From Spirochaetia bacterium (lineage in GTDB: Bacteria; Spirochaetota; Spirochaetia; DSM-16054; Sediminispirochaetaceae), in the NCBI GenBank assembly GCA_034520965.1, contig JAXHMY010000003.1, forward strand, positions 192,001 through 256,000: DNA of 64,000 bases, read 5' to 3'. A model generated the notes under the pieces. That model was not told where the DNA came from. It did no database searches and saw only the letters and a list, made by a program, of their open reading frames with translations. Positions 19,888 through 30,455 of the stretch are shown one piece after another (the first letter of the stretch is position 1; each line of letters begins with the position of its first letter). The position numbers and the translations under genes are program-made.

Positions 19888-20676
19888 ATGAAAATCGGTT
19901 TTTTTCAATTTGCTCCAAGTATCGGAAATGTAGAACATAACCGATCAAGACTGGTCGAGGCGCTGCTCCAGACGGATGCCGATTTGCTGGTTGCCCCGGA
20001 GCTATCAGTCAGCGGGTACTTTTTCTCTTCCACCGCCCAAGCCCGCGAGCTGGCCGAGCCGATACCCGGGCCCACTACTGATGCCCTGAGTGAAGCCTCC
20101 GCAAGGAGCGGCTGTACTATTGTAACCGGTATAGCCGAGCTGGCGGGGGATCAGCTGTTTAACAGCGCAGTGGTAATCGGACCGGAGGGTATAATCGGTA
20201 CCTATCGAAAAATACACCTCTTTAACGAGGAAACACTGCACTTCACTCCCGGAAGCGAGGGCTTTTTTACTTTCGACCTAAAGGGAGTAAAAGTCGGGGT
20301 TTTAGTCTGCTTCGACCATATGTTTCCCGAAGCGGCCCGTAGTCTTGCCCTGCAGGGGGTTCAGATTGTTTGCCATCCGTCGGACCTAGTTCTCCCCGAG
20401 TACGGCCAGCTTACCAGCCGCGTACGGGCTCTTGAAAACCGAATGTTCTGGATACTAGCTAACCGTTGGGGAACCGAAACTGTTGGAGAAAAGTCGCTGA
20501 CTTACACAGGCACCAGCCAGGTGGTACATCCACGGGGCCGCATACTCATACGTGCCGAGGCCGCCTCCGATGATATTTCCGCGGTTGAAGTTGACCCGAA
20601 GGATTCCCTGGATAAGAATGTCACCGAGTACAACCATCTACTGAACGATCGACGCCCCGAGTTTTATTTCACCTAA
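19888..20676 (+). CDS. Carbon-nitrogen hydrolase (nitrilase superfamily)
   Basis: E-K-C triad: APEL, YRKIHLF, VCFD. Confidence 0.9.
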   Translation: MKIGFFQFAPSIGNVEHNRSRLVEALLQTDADLLVAPELSVSGYFFSSTAQARELAEPIPGPTTDALSEASARSGCTIVTGIAELAGDQLFNSAVVIGPEGIIGTYRKIHLFNEETLHFTPGSEGFFTFDLKGVKVGVLVCFDHMFPEAARSLALQGVQIVCHPSDLVLPEYGQLTSRVRALENRMFWILANRWGTETVGEKSLTYTGTSQVVHPRGRILIRAEAASDDISAVEVDPKDSLDKNVTEYNHLLNDRRPEFYFT

Positions 20677-20699
20677 AGGCTTCATACCAAGTGCCGGTG

Positions 20700-22109
20700 T
20701 TATACGGGATATCGGCGTTTGCTCTTTTCAATACGTTTGCGACAGGCCCGGATCTCATCACCGTACTCATCAAATACATCGGCCAGCATATCTTTCAGAC
20801 GGTTCATCCCGAACTCCCGCTGCCCAAGTTCAAAGTTCTTTGCCACCATTTTGCTGCGATAGGCTTGATTGGTGAATACCCTATGCATTTTCTTAAGTAC
20901 TGAATCTTCAATCACCAGATGTCCCTGTTTATCATACACATCCCGAATCTCAATATTATCGAAACCGATCACTTTTATATCGGTTTTATAGACGAGATAG
21001 GCAGTGGTTACTATCGGAACCCGCGCGGCTATTGCTTCCATCAGCGCATTTCCGAAGCCCTCCCAAATCGGCAGATAAGTTACCAGATCGGCATTCACCA
21101 GTACATCCCGGTTTGAGAAGATAACCTGCCCCTGTTCGTTGAGATGCCGTTCAGCTGCAACACGGTCCGATATTAAATGAAGAGATATTCCATGATGCTC
21201 AGCCAGCCCCCGTATCTCATCTATATAATGCACATCCGGTTCATCCCCCTGGTACAGAGAGATTACAAAGCGAATTCGTTCTTTATATTCCGGAAATTTT
21301 TTTACAAATCTTCCCACCAGCTCGACAGAATCTTCAATTCGCTTTCTGCGTACTATTCGCGTCGGCTGGACAATAAGAAGATCTTCCTTTGCAAACCCAA
21401 GCTCCTCGCGAAAACAAGTGTTGTATTCATCCATCCGTACCGCATCTTCAAAATCCTCGCAGTTCGGAATTACCTTGGGATGCACCCGTTTAATCGACCG
21501 CAGTATATGTTCGGCGTAAGATGAGATAACCACATGCTCTAAACCGGGATCTACCGGTGGCATAATCTTGCCCAGAAGCTGCTCAATATAGTTCCGGCTG
21601 AACCGGCTGCGTTCCCACCAGAAGTCGTGATGATGAAAAATTGTTGCTACCCGACGCCAGGTAGCAAGTTTGTAAATTGCCATTCCTCCGATAAGTGTCA
21701 TCGGCATAGCATTGGTATTTTCTGCAATAATCACATCAATGGAAAACTTTTGAATGTACTCGAACAGCAGGTTGGAAACTTCGGTTCCCTGCTGCTCTAA
21801 GCGGTCGACAAGCTCTTCCCGTTTTTCATCGCTCAGATGAGGAGGATTGTCCTGTAAATAAGGAAACACCAGCCGCTCATACTCCTGCTGTTCAGGACTC
21901 CCGAAACGAATCTGAGAAATAAGTATCTGCTGCTCCGCCGGTACCAGTGGCAGCGGAGCAGCATATCGCCCGGAGAAGGTATAGATCTCATGCCCCATAT
22001 ACTTGAGAAGACGAATCCACTTTTCTACTTCCAGCGAAACACCGTCGACATCGCCTAATTTTCCGCACACAATACCAATTCTAAAGGTATCCGGCACCTG
22101 TTTGGACAT
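20700..22109 (-). CDS. GT4 glycosyltransferase, mannosylglucosylglycerate synthase (MggS)-like
   Basis: DGVSLEVEKW, HHHDFWWER, QPTRIVRRKRIE, WEGFGNALMEA. Confidence 0.75.
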   Translation of the reverse strand: MSKQVPDTFRIGIVCGKLGDVDGVSLEVEKWIRLLKYMGHEIYTFSGRYAAPLPLVPAEQQILISQIRFGSPEQQEYERLVFPYLQDNPPHLSDEKREELVDRLEQQGTEVSNLLFEYIQKFSIDVIIAENTNAMPMTLIGGMAIYKLATWRRVATIFHHHDFWWERSRFSRNYIEQLLGKIMPPVDPGLEHVVISSYAEHILRSIKRVHPKVIPNCEDFEDAVRMDEYNTCFREELGFAKEDLLIVQPTRIVRRKRIEDSVELVGRFVKKFPEYKERIRFVISLYQGDEPDVHYIDEIRGLAEHHGISLHLISDRVAAERHLNEQGQVIFSNRDVLVNADLVTYLPIWEGFGNALMEAIAARVPIVTTAYLVYKTDIKVIGFDNIEIRDVYDKQGHLVIEDSVLKKMHRVFTNQAYRSKMVAKNFELGQREFGMNRLKDMLADVFDEYGDEIRACRKRIEKSKRRYPV

Positions 22110-22123
22110 GGAGTACTCCTAGT

Positions 22124-23299
22124 TTAATGCTTAATCGATGAGTAGAACGGCCCCATTTGACCTCGCCAGCGGGGATTTTTAGAGGACATGTCTTCAGTAT
22201 ACAGGGGCGGGCTCAGCTGAGCTTCTTCCCGGCCCATAATTTTATGAACATAGTTACAGACCCAGCGAGAGAGCTGCAGCACCACCATTTTGTGACGTAA
22301 ACGCCCCTGTACATCCCGGTTCAGAATATCCGGAATGGTACTGGTGGTTACAATTTCATCCAAAGTGTGGGCGTTCAGATTTACTCGACACTCACGGCTT
22401 GAGTAAAAATGGGTGACAAAAAACACTACCCTATTCGCCCCGGCCTCTTTTAACAGATTACAGGCCTCCATAATCGTATTACCGGTGCGTACCATATCAT
22501 CGATTACGGCAACATCTTTACCCCTAATCTCATCTACACTAATCTCTGAATTTGGTGAAATTTTTATTTCCACCTTACGCTCGTCAGAGCGTTCTTTATT
22601 CATATACACAATTGGAATAGAGTCCTGCTGCAACTCTTCACGAACTTTTTTCACAAAACTGAGGGCCCCCTTATCAGGAGCACACAAGACCAGTGAATCC
22701 TCACTCACTACATCCGAGTCCTGCATATAGCTTGCAAACAGATCCGCCGGCTGCAGGTTATGAAAACAACCCGAAAAACGGTCAAGAAAGATTTTCTCCA
22801 CCGAAGCCGAGTGATTGTGCACCGTAATAACCTCATCAACTCCCGCCTCTAAAAGCAAATCCGCATACAGGCGAGCAGAAAAGGGCTGGCCATCGAACTT
22901 TTTTTGATCTTCGATTGTACGCTCGCGGGTCTCATCTCCCTGATCAAGCCGTGGGCCCCGGTCCTGAGCACTGTAGAACATGTTCGGCTCAAACAGCACC
23001 ACTCGATCAGCGCCGTTATCTTTGGATGCCCGGGCTATCAGAAAGTTGCGCATGGCCAGCTCGTCCCGAGTGTTCCAGCCCTGGTTTGTACTGACCAGTA
23101 GTACCGTTTTTCCTTTTAGCTTATATCCAATATTGTCCCAATTCTCTTCATCTATGATAAAGCGGGGACAAAACTCGGTGTTTAAAAAACTCTTCAGTGA
23201 AATTAAGTCGGAATAGTCTTCGTGCTGTCGAAGGTGATGCGCCACATCTTCCACAACAGGATTGTCCGCCACTGAGCCGACTATGATTACATTGTCCAT
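22124..23299 (-). CDS. Divergent ribose-phosphate pyrophosphokinase (Prs)-like protein
   Basis: Prs-fold motifs in altered form: YSAQDR, HNHS, APDKGA, DDMVRTGNT, THFYSS; start at MDNV with GGAG SD. Confidence 0.7.
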   Translation of the reverse strand: MDNVIIVGSVADNPVVEDVAHHLRQHEDYSDLISLKSFLNTEFCPRFIIDEENWDNIGYKLKGKTVLLVSTNQGWNTRDELAMRNFLIARASKDNGADRVVLFEPNMFYSAQDRGPRLDQGDETRERTIEDQKKFDGQPFSARLYADLLLEAGVDEVITVHNHSASVEKIFLDRFSGCFHNLQPADLFASYMQDSDVVSEDSLVLCAPDKGALSFVKKVREELQQDSIPIVYMNKERSDERKVEIKISPNSEISVDEIRGKDVAVIDDMVRTGNTIMEACNLLKEAGANRVVFFVTHFYSSRECRVNLNAHTLDEIVTTSTIPDILNRDVQGRLRHKMVVLQLSRWVCNYVHKIMGREEAQLSPPLYTEDMSSKNPRWRGQMGPFYSSIKH

Positions 23300-23451
23300 C
23301 AATAAAACTCCCAACGATCGTTAAGATTTCACCCTATTCTATATTGTTTATTGGACATTGAGAAGAATCTTTCGCCATGCAATTCTATTTTTATGAAAAA
23401 TACACAGTATCTTAGCGTTAATAAATTGTAATCTTTGCTAAGGGGTTTGAA

Positions 23452-23498
23452 GCAATTCCAAATGTGTAAGACTGAAAGAGCTCTACATTTGGAATTGC
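23452..23498. repeat. Solo MITE-like terminal hairpin module
   Basis: Perfect 14-bp IR GCAATTCCAAATGT-N19-ACATTTGGAATTGC; preceded by AAGGGGTTTGA, resembling MITE-internal AAAGGGTTTGA; no clear TSD. Confidence 0.6.
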
Positions 23499-23502
23499 CG
23501 GC

Positions 23503-23531
23503 TTGAAGATTTTGCCGCTTTCACGTATCCT
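23503..23531 (+). promoter_or_regulatory. Sigma70 promoter, leaderless-type, for XPB
   Basis: TTGAAG-17-TATCCT, 8 nt to ATG 23540. Confidence 0.55.
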
Positions 23532-23539
23532 AGTAAGCT

Positions 23540-25211
23540 ATGGAAAATTCACAACCCGAAGTTGGCCCTCTGATAGTACAAGGTGACAATTCAATTCTGC
23601 TGGATGTACACAATCCGCAAGCCGAAGAAGCCCGTGCAGATCTTGGTTTGTTTGCCGAACTGGAAAAATCACCGGAACATATGCACACATACCGCATTAC
23701 CCCCCTATCCCTTTGGAATGCAGCCTCAGCCGGCTATACCGCGGATGATATTTCCAAACGAATCCGTCAGTGGTCCCGCTTCAGTATGCCTGAAAACGTA
23801 GACTACTTTATCAGTGACACCATTAGCCGCTTCGGAAAGCTTATTTTAAAAGAGGGTAAAGACCCGAACAGCCTGGAACTTCATATTACCGATCCGCTTA
23901 TTCAGGCGGAACTGCAGGAATACAACCGCCTGAAGAAGTACCTTACCCCCACGGAAAACGGCTTTCTCCTCGACTTGGTGAACCGTGGTACCATCAAAAG
24001 CGAACTTATTAAGCTCTCATACCCAGTCAAAGATGAAGCACCCTGAAAGAGGAGCACCACTTACCGTCAATTTGCTGACAAAAACCCGTGACGGGTACGA
24101 CTTTATCGTTCGGGGATATCAGGAAGAGGCGGCCAGGGCTTTTTGCGGAAACGGCCGGTCCGGAACCGGTTTCGGCACAATCGTTCTGCCCTGCGGTTCC
24201 GGGAAAACCATAGTCGGTATGCGAGCCATCTCACTGGCCGGAACCTACACCCTGATTCTGGCACCTAACACCGCCGCGGTGCACCAGTGGATAGACGAGA
24301 TAGTAGATAAAACAGACTTGCCCCGTGAACAGATCGGTGAATATACCGGAGAAAAGAAAGAGTTCCGCCCCATAACAGTGGGGACTTACCAGATACTTAC
24401 CTGGAGGCCCGATAAAGAAGGGGTTTTTCCACACTTCAACCTTTTTCGAAACTATCCATGGGGATTGATCATTTACGATGAGGTTCACCTATTACCGGCA
24501 CCAATCTTCCGTGTCACCGCAGAAATACAGGCGATTCGCAGATTAGGCCTCACGGCAACTCTGGTCCGCGAAGACGGGCGTGAAGATGAAGTATTCTCTT
24601 TGGTCGGTCCTAAGAAATACGATGTCCCTTGGAAAGAACTCGAATCTAAGGGCTGGATAGCTGAAGCTATTTGCCATGAGATCCGTGTCCCCCTGCCCCA
24701 GGCCAGCTCTATACCCTATGCCACATCCGATAAACGAGGAAAATATCGCATTGCCGCTGAAAACCCCGGCAAAGACAATATCACACTGCAACTGGTTCAA
24801 AACCATCACGAGGACCACATTATGGTGATAGGACAGTATATCCAACAGCTAACCAAAGTAGCCAAGGCACTGGACGCTCCATTAATCACCGGAAAAACTC
24901 CCAATAAGAAGCGCGAAGAAATCTATGCGGCTTTTCGTCGGGGCGAGGAACGGGTAATTGTAGTGTCAAAGGTAGCCAACTTTGCCATTGACTTGCCGGA
25001 TGCCTCGGTGGCTATCCAGATTTCCGGTACCTTCGGAAGCCGTCAGGAAGAAGCACAGCGGCTCGGGCGCATTCTGCGGCCAAAAGAGAACAATTCATAC
25101 TTTTATACTATTGTGACACAACATACCGTAGAAGAACAATTTGCAATGAACCGACAGAAGTTTTTAACTGAACAAGGCTATAAATATCACATAGATTTTT
25201 GGGGTAATTAA
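23540..25211 (+). CDS. Bacterial XPB/Rad25 SF2 DNA repair helicase, frameshifted at ~24043
   Basis: N-terminal LIVQGD..LEKSPEHMHTYRITPLSLWNAA domain plus downstream-frame LPCGSGKT, DEVH, GLTAT, QRLGRILR. Confidence 0.85.
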
Positions 25212-27309
25212 TGACGAAATCTCCAACGCGACAACAGATTGATGAATGGAAAAGGTGCCTTTTAGACCTTCCGGACGAACTCTTTTTCTCTATTATGAAG
25301 CTCTATCTGGGCGACCTTAAAACACCTTTCCACAAACCACGTTTGGTCGATCGGATTATCCACCTTTTTTCTAAAGAGGATACCATTCAGCGGGCGGTGG
25401 CACTTATCGACCAACAGGATGCACTTATCCTCACAGCGGTGGAGCTCTTAGATCGTCCCAGCCCCCAGCAGATATACCAATTGCTGCAGAACAGTTATGA
25501 TTATTTCAACTTTCATAACCACCTGATGAACCTGCAGGAGCGTCTGATCATCTTCTCTTGTTCCGATAATCCCCTCCTGCACATAAATCCATTTCTTCAC
25601 CACGAAATTCAGGAAAGTGTTCTTTCTCCCGCAGAGCTCTTCCCTCCAGCCACACCACAAAAGGTAGACAGCGGCCCGCCTATCCTAGCTACCGAAGAAA
25701 CCCTCTGGTGCATTACTGCACAGTTGAAAAACTATCCTGAGCCCCTAAAAGCGGATGGTACTCTGAAAAAAAGAGTGAGTGATGATCTTAAATCCGTCTT
25801 CTCAACGCTTGCCGAAGATAATAAGCCGAACCAATTCTATCTGCTTATAAATGCACTCCTCAAGTTGGGTATTCTGGAAAAAGACCACAATTCATTGCAG
25901 CTTGTTTTTGATAGGGGAATTAAATTTGGCAATAAAACACGGGCAGAACGTCTTTCATATTTATGGGCAGCAGTCTGCATCAGTTCAGATGAATCGGTGG
26001 AAGATTTTTCTGCTTCAAACCTTTCCATCAATCAATTAGCCCACATCGCCGCCAGTATTGACAGCCTGTTTAGCACGATGCCTCCGGACTATCTGTTTGA
26101 AAAAACCAGTGTCGAACGAATGCTAATTGCAGCCGAACCTGCAACCGGTGAAAAACCGATAGCAGAGTTGATTGCCCCTACTCGACTAATCGAGAGACTG
26201 CAGGACATTAGAGCCCTCATCAAAAGCTCCCGGGGGATATACAGGAATCCTTCTATAGCCGACCTTCTAAACGACCAGGTAGAGAAGACCCCCTTGCTGG
26301 TACACCCCGATTTTACTACCACCGTAAAACCCCCGCTGCCCTTCGAGGTTGGACTATTTATCTCTTCGGTGATGCATTTGAAATCATTCACCGCCTACCC
26401 TCAGTTCGAACTCACCCGTACCTCATATCTTCACGGGCGCAGCCGTTTTGCCTTTGATACCATTCAGCAGCGCTTGGACGAGCTATCTGCTACTCCACTC
26501 CCGCAGAACATACGCTTCTCCCTCGAATCCTGGGAGAGCCACTACTCCTCTGTCGTCATGGTCGAGGGTATAACCCTGTCTTTAGCTGATCACTGGGATC
26601 ACATGGTTCGTAATCATCCTGATTTTGCCGGGTATATACTACGCGATTTCGGCAACGGTATCTATGTAATGGATGCTTCACACCGCAAAAACTGGCAGGC
26701 CCTCCTTCAGGATATTGGAATTATTCCTCTCCCTCCCGTAGAATTGGGTGCTTCCGGTCAACAGGATGATAGCACCTCCGCCGCAGCCCAACAGTTCCCG
26801 TCTATACCTAGCCCCAGTTCGGAGGAACAATCGAGGGTTAATTCATTCTAGTGCCGGAGGATAGCCAAGATTCCCTCAGATGCCAATCAAAAAGTATACC
26901 AGGAGCTGCAGAGTGAACTGGAGCATCTTTCCAATACAAATTCGAATCAGAAAAAAGAGCTTGCCGCCCAGATAGAAAAAAAGCTGTTTCTGTTTCCCTC
27001 ACAGCTGCACCACATTCAATCAGCCCTTCTGTAAACGAAGCCAGAGGTATAAACTACAGCGGAAAGGTAAGGATTATTCAGCAGGCACTTCAGTCGGAAT
27101 GGGATTTACTTGAACTGGTTGAGCGAACCGCTTCCGGAAAACCTTTACGCCATCTAATTAGACCCAAGGAGCTGCAGAAGTCCGGGAACGACCTTTTACT
27201 TCGTGGAGAAAGCCTTCCAACTAATGAAGAGTTCAAAGTATGGGTTCAAAAAATCGGGTACATAAAAAAATGGAAGGGCTCTCTGTCTTATCTGAACCCA
27301 GGATTATAA
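25211..27309 (+). CDS. XPB-associated helicase-associated-domain protein; interrupted (TAG at 26849, frameshift ~27019)
   Basis: LLVHPDF...LPQNIRFSLESW resembles Helicase_C_3. Coding-like sequence resumes after the TAG (SDANQKVYQELQSEL..) and in the -1 frame (VNEARGINYSGKVRIIQQAL..NPGL*). Confidence 0.65.
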
Positions 27310-28742
27310 GCAGAGTTAAACTGTTTAAACTGCAGCAGAGCCTGAGCATGTAGCATTTCACGGCCGCCGATAGTTCGGCAGCCGGCATCCACCGCCCGCT
27401 GTAAAAAGCGGGTCCGCTCAGGAGCATATATCAATTCGTATACTATCTCTGAACCCTTAAACTGGTATCCCGGGAGGGGATCGGTTTCGGTATTCGGCTC
27501 CATTCCGGCACTGGTGGTCTGTACAATAAGTCGAAATTTCCCTGGAGTCAGAGGGCTGTGTATCGACTGCCGGTTCACTCCAAATTCTCCAGCTAAGTCC
27601 GCAGCCCTTTCATCTGTACGGTTTACTATGGTTACCGATAGCCCCGCCTGAGCGAGTGCATATACCACGGTGCGGGCAACCCCTCCGGCCCCAATTACAA
27701 GTGCAAGATTCCCTTCCGCCAGTACATCAGTTCTCTTCAGGGGTGCTAAAAAGCCCTCGTAATCAGTATTACTTCCAAGCCAGCCCTCTGAAGTTCGAAT
27801 TACCGTGTTGCATGAGCCAATACTCTGCACCGCATCCTCAACCCGGTCAATGTGCTCAATAATCTTCTGTTTGTGGGGTACAGTGACGGAAAATCCGCGT
27901 AGCCCAAGCTGTTCGGCCAGTCTCATAAACAGACCGAGATCATCTACCTGAAAAGGCACATACACAGCGTCCATCCTCCCCTCGGCGAACCAGGAGTTAT
28001 GCAGTTGCGGACTTTTACTGTGGAGTACCGGATTTCCAATGATGCCGAAATACACGCTGCGGGAGTTCTGCTTCGACACCCGGTAGACCTCTTCCAACTC
28101 CCGCGGACTGGTTTGCCCCGGGGCTCCGGTTCGCTCCCCGGCGGAACAGAACGTCAGCATGGAGCCGCACAGCTGCGGTGCTACCCGGCTAAAAAAGCCG
28201 AAAGCCCCCATTCCAAGCACAATCTTGTTTTTGATATGGGATGTCTCACCGGCCATTCGAAGGAGTTCAAGTACCTCCCCTGATGAGCTTGGGTAACAGG
28301 CAATCTTGGGAATCTCCCCTTCCGCGGCAATTTCTTCTATCCTTTCCTTCATGAAGGGGGGAACCCCCTTAAAATCATGGAGCGAACGAATCACGCTAAT
28401 ACCCAACTCTGCCGCCCGCTCTTCCACCCCGGCTGCGGTCACACCCCATTCAAGATCGACATGGCTGATTCCGGGACACAGCAGCTGCTCCAACAAGTGC
28501 AGGCGTTCGGCCTCGCTCAACTCTGTTTTTTTGCCGCCATCTTCTTCACGACGAAAAGAAAGAATAACTACGGGAAGAGAGGCCTCGCGGGCAGCATCAA
28601 GAATCGAGGCAACACAGCTTTCGTTTTTGTGAAGACAAAGATCAAGGCGTATCTCAATAGCATCGATCCACTGAGAGTTATCTCGGATATTTCGCAGTTT
28701 ATTCGTATCGGAATAAGAAGTAAGTGTTAAACAGCGAAGCAT
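27288..28742 (-). CDS. aroE: Bifunctional type I 3-dehydroquinate dehydratase / shikimate dehydrogenase (AroD-AroE fusion)
   Basis: EIRLD, SLHDF, APGQ (AroD) followed by HSKSPQLHN, SVTVPHK, NTD, IGAGG (AroE). Confidence 0.9.
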   Translation of the reverse strand: MLRCLTLTSYSDTNKLRNIRDNSQWIDAIEIRLDLCLHKNESCVASILDAAREASLPVVILSFRREEDGGKKTELSEAERLHLLEQLLCPGISHVDLEWGVTAAGVEERAAELGISVIRSLHDFKGVPPFMKERIEEIAAEGEIPKIACYPSSSGEVLELLRMAGETSHIKNKIVLGMGAFGFFSRVAPQLCGSMLTFCSAGERTGAPGQTSPRELEEVYRVSKQNSRSVYFGIIGNPVLHSKSPQLHNSWFAEGRMDAVYVPFQVDDLGLFMRLAEQLGLRGFSVTVPHKQKIIEHIDRVEDAVQSIGSCNTVIRTSEGWLGSNTDYEGFLAPLKRTDVLAEGNLALVIGAGGVARTVVYALAQAGLSVTIVNRTDERAADLAGEFGVNRQSIHSPLTPGKFRLIVQTTSAGMEPNTETDPLPGYQFKGSEIVYELIYAPERTRFLQRAVDAGCRTIGGREMLHAQALLQFKQFNSAYNPGFR

Positions 28743-28753
28743 ACATTCCTCCC

Positions 28754-30442
28754 CTATTGTGTACGGTTTTGCAGGTCACGCATTTTGCGCTTCAACGACT
28801 GATCTTCAGGATTAAGAGCTATCGCCTGACGAAGATAGCGGATAGCTTTATTGTATTCGCCTGTCGATTCATACAGCTCGGCTATTTCAACCAGCGCATT
28901 GATATTCTGCATATTCTCCAACAGTGCAGACTGCAGATACTGCAGCTTGCTCTGCCGGTCCTGCACCAACCGAGCCCGAAAATAGAGCAATACACTTCTC
29001 ACTTCTGATCGGTTAGACTCGTTCACCCGGCGATCAACGTACTCGACAGCTTCTTGTTGATAACCACTGTCCAGCAGCTGCTCGAGATAAGTGCGGACAG
29101 CAATCGGATCATCGGGAAATTCTTCAGCTAAACTGCGGGCATAGCGAAGTGCAGTCTGCGGTTGTTCTAAAGCATTGTACACTCGCACCGCTTTTCGCAA
29201 CAATGAAACCGTTTGACGAACCTCAAGCAGCTCTTCCAGGTAGTCCACAGCCACCGACCAGCGTTCAAGTTCTATCGCCGTATCAAGCAGAGATAATACT
29301 ATTGAGAGGTTTTCAGGCTCCTGCTCCAGACGCCGCTGGAAATGCTCAAAGGCCTCTTCTTGTCGTCCTATCTGAATAAGGAGTTCTCCATAAAGAGCCG
29401 AAAAACGCTGAAAGTCGGGATACTCTTGCATACCCCTCTCTGCCAGCACCAAGGCCTCCTCATGTCGATCATTTCGGATCATGGATTGCACTTTCACCAG
29501 CAAGGTCTCAGGGGTTTCTCCGGACCTCTGCTCAACCACCGCAGCAATACGCCCTGCCTGCTCATACCTTCCCTGCAGTTCAAGCAGCTGCGCACGTTTC
29601 TGCAGGAAAATAGTCTGATCGGGAAATTTAATAATGGCGTTTGAAAGCAGTCTATCCGCTATTTCAAGATCACCGGCCAGCAAATACACATTAATCGCCC
29701 ATTGAAGCACATACCGCTTTTCGGAAAATTCAAGCTGCAGCTGTTGAACATGGGGTAGTGCTGCTTCAGGATTGCCTTGCGCATAGTAAATCCTGACCAG
29801 ACCAAGCCGTGCAGGATAACATGAGTCATCGTTTTCCAGTACCCGCCGATATAATTCCTGTGCTTCCTGGTACTCTCCGCTAAATTCCAGATAATATCCA
29901 TGCAGATATAGTGCCAGCATAGAGTTCGGATTGATCTGTACCACATACTTGGTTACTTCGCCGGCCCGTTCCCGTTGCTCTGGGGAGCTGCTGGTAAGTA
30001 CCGCAACAGCCGATGTCAGCGAGGAGAGGAAGGTCGTTTCCGCCTGAGAAATATCCAGTACACGCCCCCGGCTCACAGCCTCAAACAAGCGAGGATAAAT
30101 GCTGCCGCTAGGCGGCCGGTTCGGTTCTGCTCCGTATTCAAGATAGGGATAGACAAAATGATACAGGCGGTTAGCCACAAAGGCCAGCTCCGCCCCTGCT
30201 TCGCTGCGGTGTAAGTTGTATGAGTAGAGTATGTTTAAAGCTATATCAAGCGAACGGGGAGTACCCAGAGTGATATTAGAGCGTACATCCTCCAGCCTAG
30301 CTCCCCGCTGCTGTATATCTCGCCGGAGGTCGGTATCGACCTCTTGGGGTGTGGCGTCTCCTGCGCAGCCGAATACAAACAGCATCCATACAGCGCCTGC
30401 CAACGCAATCCCAATTCCTTTAAGGATCCCGGCTTGCATCAT
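28754..30442 (-). CDS. TPR-repeat lipoprotein
   Basis: Lipobox-like VFGC, many TPRs; start set at MMQAG. Confidence 0.8.
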   Translation of the reverse strand: MMQAGILKGIGIALAGAVWMLFVFGCAGDATPQEVDTDLRRDIQQRGARLEDVRSNITLGTPRSLDIALNILYSYNLHRSEAGAELAFVANRLYHFVYPYLEYGAEPNRPPSGSIYPRLFEAVSRGRVLDISQAETTFLSSLTSAVAVLTSSSPEQRERAGEVTKYVVQINPNSMLALYLHGYYLEFSGEYQEAQELYRRVLENDDSCYPARLGLVRIYYAQGNPEAALPHVQQLQLEFSEKRYVLQWAINVYLLAGDLEIADRLLSNAIIKFPDQTIFLQKRAQLLELQGRYEQAGRIAAVVEQRSGETPETLLVKVQSMIRNDRHEEALVLAERGMQEYPDFQRFSALYGELLIQIGRQEEAFEHFQRRLEQEPENLSIVLSLLDTAIELERWSVAVDYLEELLEVRQTVSLLRKAVRVYNALEQPQTALRYARSLAEEFPDDPIAVRTYLEQLLDSGYQQEAVEYVDRRVNESNRSEVRSVLLYFRARLVQDRQSKLQYLQSALLENMQNINALVEIAELYESTGEYNKAIRYLRQAIALNPEDQSLKRKMRDLQNRTQ

Positions 30443-30455
30443 TTCTTTATTCTGC

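Noticed and set aside
26849..26851. Amber readthrough/pyrrolysine in the XPB partner
   Set aside because: An alternative frame (ILVPEDSQDS) bridges the stop, other indels are adjacent, and TAG is used as a normal stop elsewhere in the window.
27288..28742. AroD-AroE fusion as a novelty
   Set aside because: Known bifunctional architecture in plants and several bacterial phyla.
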